Shown piece by piece: positions 1-6,803 of a DNA stretch of 32,000 nucleotides; position 1 is the first letter of the stretch, and the number at the start of each line of letters is the position of its first letter. The notes under the pieces are model-generated. The model was given only the letters and a program-made list of their open reading frames with translations. It ran no database searches and had not been told where the DNA came from. Made by a program: the position numbers and the translations under genes. The stretch comes from Nitrosopumilus maritimus SCM1 (GTDB taxonomy: Archaea > Thermoproteota > Nitrososphaeria > Nitrososphaerales > Nitrosopumilaceae). Location of the stretch: contig NC_010085.1 in assembly GCF_000018465.1 (NCBI RefSeq), forward strand, positions 1,380,001 through 1,412,000, given 5' to 3'.

Positions 1-2
1 CT

Positions 3-293
3 ACACCACTAGCTGAAGTGTATGACAAGATGTTTCCAATCTTACAATCAAAGAGACCAGACATCCTCTTGACATTGACTGATGGTGAGCCATCAGACCC
101 TGATGCAGTCAGAAACATGACAAAATCACTCAAAAGTCTAGGCATAAGTATGGTCGCCTTAGGCCTGGGACCAAATACTGTAAGGGCAACAACTATTGCA
201 AACAATCTAAGACATTTGGGGTATGAAAAAACAATGGCAGTAAGCCGTCTAAGAGATATTCCAAACAAGGTAATCAAGATTTTAGATATCTAG
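3..293 (+). CDS. C-terminal part of a VWA (von Willebrand factor A)-like domain protein, truncated by the window start
   Basis: The reading frame is open upstream of the listed start (TPLAEV-MYDKMFP...). RPDILLTLTDGEPSD resembles the VWA DG(E/R)xxD strand/loop. Stop is TAG at 291-293. Confidence 0.6.
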   Translation, partial: TPLAEVYDKMFPILQSKRPDILLTLTDGEPSDPDAVRNMTKSLKSLGISMVALGLGPNTVRATTIANNLRHLGYEKTMAVSRLRDIPNKVIKILDI

Positions 294-358
294 TCCAAAA
301 TAGGCTGAACTAATTTTCTATAGATATTTTATTGAGAAAAAATTAGCCAAATCAGAAA

Positions 359-1903
359 TTGTCAGAAAATCAAAATTACGATCCTGCATTGCTTGAAAAG
401 TTTGAGCAAGAGATATGGAACAAGATTCCACATGTAGAAGGAGACAAGATAGTTAACGCAACACCACTAGTTGACTTGACTGCAGATTTGAAAGAATGTG
501 CAAAGAGTGTCTTTAAACTAAACCTTGATGACAAGGATTTCAAAATTTACGGAAAGTTTGATTCAGAATTACTTAGCGGCTCCATCAAAGTAAGAGCAGC
601 ATCACACATCATTCACGAGGCAATCAAAGAAGGAAAATGTAATGGAAAGAGAGTAGTAATTGAAGCCACATCAGGGAACTTTGGAATTGCATTAGGATTA
701 TTATCAAAACTTGGTGTAACTGTAGTTGCACTTGTTTCAAGAAAATTACAAGAGGGCGTCTTCAAAGAATTAAGAAACGAGAATATCAAAATTATGGATT
801 TGGATATGGATATTTGTCCAGCTCCTGGAATGGAGAACAAAGCAGACGAGATGGCTGCTAAAGCAACTGCAGGAAATATTCGCTCACAGTTAACTGAGAT
901 GGGATTTGATCCTCAAATCTTTGACAACAACCTTACAGAGATTGAAGCACTGTTAGCAAAACAAGACATCATTAATTTGGCAAGATACCTTGCAGACATT
1001 TACGATTTGTTTTGCCCAAAGCAATACGACAATGAACTAAACATTGACATTCACAATACAGTAACTGCACCTGAAATTGATCAGCAATTACACGAACTTG
1101 GTGATTCCCTAGAAGATTATGCATTGTATTGTTCATTTGGAACAGGCGGCACATCAGGTGGTTTGAGCAAATACATGACTGAAAAATACAACAAAAAGGC
1201 AGTTCATGTAGTATTTCCCCCACTAGGTCAAGATGTTGCAGGAATCAGAACAAAATCAAAGGCTGAAGGACTCACACTATACAATCCTGAATCATACACA
1301 GAACACGAGATTGACTTTGAGAATGCAAAATTGATTCTCAAGTATATGGTAGATAAGGGACATGACATTGGTGAGAGCAGTGCATTGGAATTGTTTGCAG
1401 CACTAGAGATGGCATACAAGGGTGAAATCAAAAAGGCAGTAGTAATGATTGCAGATGGAATTGACAAATACAGGAAGAATTTTGAGATGATTGGAAAGGG
1501 CAGTGATGTTCCAATGAGAGTGTCACTAGAAGATGCAGCAGCTGTTGCAGGAGATTATGATAATATTATTTGGGTTCACACACAGTACACACCTAAAGAA
1601 GAAGGAATCGAGATTATTGCAAAGTCATTAGGTGTTGATAAATCAAAAATTACTATACCAAAAGCATCTACTATCAACAACCTATTATCAACACAACAAG
1701 TTCCTGAAGAACTTAGCAAAGAACTAGATGGCTCTAAGGGAAAATCATTGTTAGTGTGTATGGCAGGAAACACATCACTTATGACTGCACAAGTTTTAGC
1801 AAGCAAAGGAATAGTTACCCAGAGTTTGAATGGCGGAATAACCAATTTGCCTGAAGGAAGAGGTAAAAATCCTGGTGAATACATTCAGGTAGCTAGAGAA
1901 TAA
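359..1903 (+). CDS. Fold-type II PLP-dependent (cysteine synthase-like) enzyme with C-terminal rhodanese-like domain
   Basis: SGSIKVRAA (putative PLP Lys region), ATSGNFGIALG (phosphate/substrate loop) and CSFGTGGTSGG. The C-terminus LLVCMAGNTSLMTAQVLASKGIVTQSLNGGI resembles a rhodanese active-site loop and GGI ending. Confidence 0.8.
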   Translation: MSENQNYDPALLEKFEQEIWNKIPHVEGDKIVNATPLVDLTADLKECAKSVFKLNLDDKDFKIYGKFDSELLSGSIKVRAASHIIHEAIKEGKCNGKRVVIEATSGNFGIALGLLSKLGVTVVALVSRKLQEGVFKELRNENIKIMDLDMDICPAPGMENKADEMAAKATAGNIRSQLTEMGFDPQIFDNNLTEIEALLAKQDIINLARYLADIYDLFCPKQYDNELNIDIHNTVTAPEIDQQLHELGDSLEDYALYCSFGTGGTSGGLSKYMTEKYNKKAVHVVFPPLGQDVAGIRTKSKAEGLTLYNPESYTEHEIDFENAKLILKYMVDKGHDIGESSALELFAALEMAYKGEIKKAVVMIADGIDKYRKNFEMIGKGSDVPMRVSLEDAAAVAGDYDNIIWVHTQYTPKEEGIEIIAKSLGVDKSKITIPKASTINNLLSTQQVPEELSKELDGSKGKSLLVCMAGNTSLMTAQVLASKGIVTQSLNGGITNLPEGRGKNPGEYIQVARE

Positions 1904-1904
1904 T

Positions 1905-2360
1905 TTGAAATGCCTTTCAGTATCTCAACCATTTGCTGAATTAATCATTTTAGGAAAAAAAACAATAGAGTTACGCAAATGGAATACAAACTATCGTGGA
2001 GAATTACTGATTCATTCACCACTAAAAATTAGAAAAGAAGATGCAAAGCGATTAAAGATTGACAAAAAATTTGTCACAGGTGCAATTGTTGGGAAAGTGG
2101 AAATCTATGATGTAAAAAAATACGATTCACAAAAACAAGTAAAGTCAGATCAAAAATTTCATTTTGCATCAAAAAATTTCCATGATAGAACCTACGGATT
2201 TTTGCTAAAGAACGCAAAAACATTTCGAGTTCCAATTCCATACAAAGGGCAATTAGGATTGTTTGAAGTCAAACTTCCTAAAACAAAAATCAAAAACAAA
2301 GAGATAGTGTCTGACATTATTGATGAAGAATATCGATACCAATGGATCGGACACCATTAA
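1905..2360 (+). CDS. ASCH/PUA-like domain protein
   Basis: MKCLSVSQPFAELIILGKKTIELRKWNTNYRGELLIHSPLK matches the typical ASCH N-terminal pattern; 151 aa. Confidence 0.75.
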   Translation: MKCLSVSQPFAELIILGKKTIELRKWNTNYRGELLIHSPLKIRKEDAKRLKIDKKFVTGAIVGKVEIYDVKKYDSQKQVKSDQKFHFASKNFHDRTYGFLLKNAKTFRVPIPYKGQLGLFEVKLPKTKIKNKEIVSDIIDEEYRYQWIGHH

Positions 2361-2391
2361 GACTCGGATTTTTTCCAAAAAATTTGACTAG

Positions 2392-2401
2392 TATATATAA
2401 A
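2392..2401 (+). promoter_or_regulatory. Strong TATA box upstream of TBP gene
   Basis: TATATATAAA lies 24-33 nt upstream of the ATG at 2425, the spacing of a leaderless or near-leaderless archaeal promoter. Confidence 0.6.
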
Positions 2402-2424
2402 GGGCATATTTAAAGACCCTCGTC

Positions 2425-2988
2425 ATGCCTCAAACAAAGCCTATTGTGAGTGTTGAAAATGTTGTTGCATCTGCATCAGTTGATCAAAAAATTGACTTGA
2501 ATGAGATTACAGAAAAATTTCCAGATACTGAATATCATCCAGAACAATTTCCAGGATTAGTTTTCAGATTAAGTACTCCAAGAACTGCAACATTGATCTT
2601 CAGAACAGGAAAAATGGTTTGTACTGGTGCAAAATCTGAAGAAATGGCAATCAAAGCTGTAAACACTGTAGTTCAAAAATTAAGAAAAGGAAAAATCAAA
2701 ATAAAAAATGATGCAGTTATTACTGTACAAAATATTGTTGCAGCAATTAATCTAGGTGGAAAAATACATCTAGAAAAAGCAGCAAGGACATTACCAAGAA
2801 GCATGTACGAACCTGAGCAATTTCCAGGACTAATTCACAGAATGCTTGATCCAAAAACCGTAATCTTGTTATTTGCATCAGGAAAATTAGTATGTACTGG
2901 AGCTAAAAAAGAATCAGATGTTTATCGCTCTGTTCACAACCTACATTCAGTCTTAGAAGAAAAAAATCTAATGATCTATGACGAATAG
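2425..2988 (+). CDS. tbp: TATA-box binding protein (TBP)
   Basis: Two direct repeats typical of TBP: (Y)HPEQFPGLVFRL...TGKMVCTGAKSEE and YEPEQFPGLIHRM...SGKLVCTGAKKES; 187 aa. Confidence 0.97.
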   Translation: MPQTKPIVSVENVVASASVDQKIDLNEITEKFPDTEYHPEQFPGLVFRLSTPRTATLIFRTGKMVCTGAKSEEMAIKAVNTVVQKLRKGKIKIKNDAVITVQNIVAAINLGGKIHLEKAARTLPRSMYEPEQFPGLIHRMLDPKTVILLFASGKLVCTGAKKESDVYRSVHNLHSVLEEKNLMIYDE

Positions 2989-3211
2989 ATTGACTGAAAA
3001 TAATTTTGAAGAAGAAAAGAAAAAACTAACTCCAGACAAAGGATTTGATTTGATTGGAATTGATTATTTTTCAGAGCCAGGAAACCAATTGTATCTAGTA
3101 GAACATTTTGAAATGTATCAAGATGTACTAAATGCAAAAAAAGAAAGAAAGAATCCTGAAGAATATTTTATTTTGTACAAAGGTGCTGGCGGAGAATTTT
3201 TCTGCAGATAA
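2978..3211 (+). CDS. Conserved small hypothetical protein overlapping the TBP 3' end
   Basis: 77-aa ORF with normal composition, overlapping the TBP stop by 11 nt, same strand. Confidence 0.5.
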   Translation: MTNRLTENNFEEEKKKLTPDKGFDLIGIDYFSEPGNQLYLVEHFEMYQDVLNAKKERKNPEEYFILYKGAGGEFFCR

Positions 3212-3282
3212 GCCAGAAAAATAGAACAACTTTACTATATTTTACAAACTCTCTTATCATTAGGTTTTAAATTGAAAACTTT

Positions 3283-3864
3283 ATGGCCAATGAAACTAGT
3301 GATTTGATTGATAATCTTTATGAAAAAAATGAGCCTGCACGAAATGATTTCAAGCCTCAAGTGAGTCGCAAAAGCCAAAAGGCAAAGTATCAGATTTTTG
3401 ACGAGTCAGAATTTACTCGTGGCAGAGAAGTATTAGGGGATCTCATTGTACATGGAATGATAGCCTCCGGAGGCACGGATATTGACTGGTTAATTGAACA
3501 TAAAGGAGGATTTGTCATACTGGAATTCAAGGGATTTCATAATGATAAGATAAACATTGCAAAAGGCCAGATGATTGCATATGAAAAATTACATGAAAAA
3601 TTAAACCAGTCAGCAAAATGCTATTTGTATGTTGTAGGGTGTGATGACATTGATTTTTCAAATCCTGATGCAACAGTATGGGTCTTTGAGATGAATCATT
3701 GGAAATCAAATGCAATTCCAAAAAATACCAGCGATATTTACGGAGACGAATCCAATCGACAAAACAAGTACATAGTTTATCGTGAATACATGGAAGAGAT
3801 TAGTGTAGAAAAATTAAGAGACATTATTGACTCACACTGGAAAGAGTTTGAAAGAATTATGTAG
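3283..3864 (+). CDS. Putative PD-(D/E)XK-type nuclease-like protein
   Basis: GGTDIDWLIEHKGGFVILEFKGF gives a D...(I)LEFK pattern like the PD-(D/E)XK catalytic core. ATG 3283 has an upstream TATA-like TTTTAAA. Confidence 0.5.
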   Translation: MANETSDLIDNLYEKNEPARNDFKPQVSRKSQKAKYQIFDESEFTRGREVLGDLIVHGMIASGGTDIDWLIEHKGGFVILEFKGFHNDKINIAKGQMIAYEKLHEKLNQSAKCYLYVVGCDDIDFSNPDATVWVFEMNHWKSNAIPKNTSDIYGDESNRQNKYIVYREYMEEISVEKLRDIIDSHWKEFERIM

Positions 3865-4567
3865 TAAATGAAAATGTGCTAGACTTTGTCTCAGCACCAT
3901 TATCTACTTTGATAGTGTAAGTGCCAGAACTCTCCCATCCAGGGCCACCAGCAATTGCAAGTGTGGAATATCTTCCATCACTTTTTAGAGAGAGTTGTTC
4001 TGTCCAAACAAGTTCACCTTTCTGGTTTTCTATGGATAGATTTACTGAACCAGTGGTATCTGAAATACCATTTATTGATATGATGTCTTTATTGTTGTAT
4101 GATGAAAAGTCAGTTTGAATCATTAGTGATTCTGTTCCTGTAGGAGTATTTACAATAGGAGGAACCGTCTTAGGAGTCACATTAGAAATTCCACCAAGAG
4201 ATACAGCAGCTGCAATAATTACTACCAATGCAACAACACCAATTCCTATCATTAACTTGTTCTTTGAGGAAGAAGAGGAAATTTTTGGTTGTGTTTTATG
4301 GATTGTTTGAGTTTTTTGAATTGATGGTGTTTCAGGTATCACTACATCTGGAACCACGGGTTTTTCAACAGGAATTTCAGTTTTTTCAACATTAGGAGTT
4401 TCTGGTTTTCTTCCAAGATGTTTTTCTGCTAATTTTTTTACATAGTTTCTTTCAAAATTACTAATAACCTCATTATTTTCACAAGCTCGACGAATTTGTT
4501 TTAGGATTCTATCATCACCAAAATCTTTTTCCAAAAGTGCCTTTACATCATCAAGTAAGGAATCCAC
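3857..4567 (-). CDS. Single-pass membrane protein with cytoplasmic N-terminal helical domain and predicted external C-terminal domain
   Basis: N-terminal MDSLLDDVKALLEKDFGDDRILKQIRRACENNEVISNFERNYVKKLAEKHLG, a Pro/Glu/Val linker, TM segment LMIGIGVVALVVIIAAAVSLG, then a beta-rich tail. Confidence 0.6.
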   Translation of the reverse strand: MDSLLDDVKALLEKDFGDDRILKQIRRACENNEVISNFERNYVKKLAEKHLGRKPETPNVEKTEIPVEKPVVPDVVIPETPSIQKTQTIHKTQPKISSSSSKNKLMIGIGVVALVVIIAAAVSLGGISNVTPKTVPPIVNTPTGTESLMIQTDFSSYNNKDIISINGISDTTGSVNLSIENQKGELVWTEQLSLKSDGRYSTLAIAGGPGWESSGTYTIKVDNGAETKSSTFSFTT

Positions 4568-4649
4568 GAGTACTTTCTCCTATAATGATTATTTATGAAT
4601 TCCTTGTTTAATATTTCGAATAATTTCTACATAATCAAAGAATTTGAGA

Positions 4650-4826
4650 CTATTTTGAGTAGATCTTTTGTGCTTGTATAATGACAGTTCTGATGTAGTC
4701 TTTTGCAGTAGAATCAGAGACTCCCATCTGTTTTGCTCTCTGATATAGGACATTTTCTTGAGGATTACTCAGATAGCATTTTAGAAGATAGTTTAGTCTG
4801 TGAGATCTCTTTTCATCACTTTTCAT
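4650..4826 (-). CDS. Small (58 aa) helix-turn-helix-like protein, absent from the supplied ORF track
   Basis: Hand-translated from ATG (complement of 4824-4826) to TAG (complement of 4650-4652): MKSDEKRSHRLNYLLKCYLSNPQENVLYQRAKQMGVSDSTAKDYIRTVIIQAQKIYSK. AKQMGVSDSTAKDYIRTV resembles an HTH turn plus recognition helix. Confidence 0.55.
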   Translation of the reverse strand: MKSDEKRSHRLNYLLKCYLSNPQENVLYQRAKQMGVSDSTAKDYIRTVIIQAQKIYSK

Positions 4827-4939
4827 AATGTCCTATCTCACATATACTAAAAAGCTCAGAGGATTATGAAATAACCAGCAATGTATCATAAAACTCTAAA
4901 AAATACATATGATCTTTTTTAAACAATAGCAAAAAACAA

Positions 4940-5287
4940 ATGCAAATGAAACGAATTGAGGCAACTGTTCAAGTGGACAAGGCCGGTGCAGTTTCTGATG
5001 CAATTAAAGACATTGTTGGAGGATTTACCATCACAGAGGGAAAGGGTAGAGGCTCTGGAAAAAGACAAGAGATCAGATCAGGAAGAGGTACAGGTTCATT
5101 CACAGCAGAATACAACAAAGTTGCAACAGTGATAACAGTGGTAGATGACTCTGAAGTAGAGAAAGTATCTTCAGCAATTGCAGATGCAGCTTTTACAGGA
5201 AAGGGTGGAGATGGAATTATTACAGTCTCTAGTGTAGAAAGTGCTCTAAATATAGCATCTAAAAAGACGGGTTCTGAAGCCCTCTAA
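4940..5287 (+). CDS. PII-family nitrogen regulatory-like protein
   Basis: RIEATVQ start, GGFTITEGKGRG...KVATVITVVDD and TGKGGDGIITVSSVESALNI match PII strand/B-loop and C-terminal patterns. The T-loop is divergent. An alternative start is 4946. Confidence 0.8.
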   Translation: MQMKRIEATVQVDKAGAVSDAIKDIVGGFTITEGKGRGSGKRQEIRSGRGTGSFTAEYNKVATVITVVDDSEVEKVSSAIADAAFTGKGGDGIITVSSVESALNIASKKTGSEAL

Positions 5288-5315
5288 TCATTTTATTTTA
5301 TTTTAAAATAAGCTG

Positions 5316-5339
5316 CTGAGAGGAAATTTTTCCTCTCAG
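5316..5339. terminator. Intergenic hairpin between convergent genes
   Basis: CTGAGAGGA-AATTTT-TCCTCTCAG, a perfect 9-bp inverted repeat with a 6-nt loop, lying between glnB-like (+) and an Lrp/AsnC-like gene (-). Confidence 0.4.
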
Positions 5340-5419
5340 GAGGTATCCTTTTGGAGGACATGTTTTTTGAAGGGATGATTCTTATTGCAAACTAAGTATA
5401 AAAGCAAAGGATTTTGAAG

Positions 5420-5659
5420 TCACTGTTGTCCTTCAATACCCATCAGAGTTAGTGTCGATCTAATTTTTGGGATCTTTCTAATCTTCCAAGTAATAGTTTC
5501 ACGTAATGCTTCTACTTGAGAAGATTCCACTTTTGCTAAAATATCATATGCACCAAATGTGCCATGAACTTCAACAACACCTTCAATAGATTTTAGTTCT
5601 GAAATTACAGCTTCTTCAGAACCAAGCTCACAGTTTATGAGAACATAAGCTGTTGCCAA
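5420..5659 (-). CDS. Stand-alone Lrp/AsnC ligand-binding (RAM) domain protein
   Basis: AYVLINCELGSEEAVISELKSIEGVVEVHGTFGAYDILAKVES...IRSTLTLMGIEG is a typical RAM domain with no HTH. TTG start directly after an in-frame TAA. Confidence 0.85.
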   Translation of the reverse strand: MATAYVLINCELGSEEAVISELKSIEGVVEVHGTFGAYDILAKVESSQVEALRETITWKIRKIPKIRSTLTLMGIEGQQ

Positions 5660-5799
5660 TTATGATTCAACTCCTACTTTCATAACTAAAATGCCATCTT
5701 GAAATATATAAGAATAGTCCGATTTACTTAAAAATTCAATATTATTTTGGATAGAACCATTAACATTTGTAAAGAAAATAACTAAATTTGAAAATAAAT

Positions 5800-6768
5800 T
5801 TAAGATATAGAATATGCTTCACGCATAATTTTTTCTAGGTCTTCAAGATTTTTTGAAAATGTGATTTTAGAACGTAGTTTGGAACCACCCTTCAATCCTT
5901 TTGTAAATCTCATAGCTTGACTTTTGATATTAGAGAATTTGATTTTGTATTGATTTGTAAGATGAAGATAATCAAAGAAAGAATCCAATCTATCTTTGAA
6001 AGAATATTCTTTGTATGAACCAGTTTTAAGATAATCATTAATCTGTTCAAATAAGAAAGGGTTTCCCATGGCACCACGGCCAATCATAACATAATCACAA
6101 CCAGTCTCATCAAGCATCATTTTGGCATCTTCAGGAGTAGTAATATCACCATTTCCAACTACAGGAATATTGGAGATCTCTTTTAATTCCTTGATTAATT
6201 TCCAATCTGCACTTCCAGAATATCCTTGACTGACAGTTCTAGGATGAAAAGTTATCATTTGAATTCCTTGATCTTCTGCAATTTCTGCAATATCTCTAAA
6301 GAGAAATTTACTTGCATCAGTTACACCAGAACGAATCTTTAGAGTTACAGGTTTTTTTACAGCATTCACAAGGGTTTCGAAAATTTGTTGTGTAAGATTT
6401 ACCTCTTGCAAAAGAGCTCCACCGGCCATTTGTTGTGTAATGTGTGGAGCAGGACAACCCATGTTGTAATCAATAATATCAAAATATGGTTCCACAATAG
6501 TTGCAGCTTTTTCTAATGCATAAAGATCAGAACCAAACAATTGAACAGAAATAGGTCTTTCTTGTTCTGAAAATTCAATGAATTCTTGAATTGTTTTCAT
6601 ATTTTCTTTGAGTTGTTCTTCTTTTGCAATAATGCTATGAATACTGGTAAATTCTGTTACTACCAATCCAGCTCCCATTTTTTTGCATTGTAATCTCAAT
6701 GCAGGATCACTAACTCCTGCCATAGGAGCTAAAAATGCCCTACTAGAAAATTTTGGAAGCATAAACAA
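5800..6768 (-). CDS. dus: tRNA-dihydrouridine synthase
   Basis: APMAGVSDPALR, DYNMGCPAPHITQQMAGGALL, TLKIRSGV, FHPRTVSQGYSG, PVVGNGDI and GCDYVMIGRGAMGNPFLF are Dus family motifs. Confidence 0.93.
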   Translation of the reverse strand: MFMLPKFSSRAFLAPMAGVSDPALRLQCKKMGAGLVVTEFTSIHSIIAKEEQLKENMKTIQEFIEFSEQERPISVQLFGSDLYALEKAATIVEPYFDIIDYNMGCPAPHITQQMAGGALLQEVNLTQQIFETLVNAVKKPVTLKIRSGVTDASKFLFRDIAEIAEDQGIQMITFHPRTVSQGYSGSADWKLIKELKEISNIPVVGNGDITTPEDAKMMLDETGCDYVMIGRGAMGNPFLFEQINDYLKTGSYKEYSFKDRLDSFFDYLHLTNQYKIKFSNIKSQAMRFTKGLKGGSKLRSKITFSKNLEDLEKIMREAYSIS

Positions 6769-6803
6769 ACTAAATAATTTGAATATATTTACTATTTCAA
6801 AAA

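Noticed and set aside
613-1884. Antisense ORFs opposite the PLP/rhodanese gene (613-840, 972-1223, 1228-1467, 1576-1884)
   Set aside because: They are fully nested in a well-supported gene and have no recognisable motifs.
3283-4567. Possible defence or toxin-antitoxin pair (nuclease-like gene plus membrane protein)
   Set aside because: The genes are convergent, not co-directional, and embedded in housekeeping context, with no partner ATPase, methylase or mobile-element marks.
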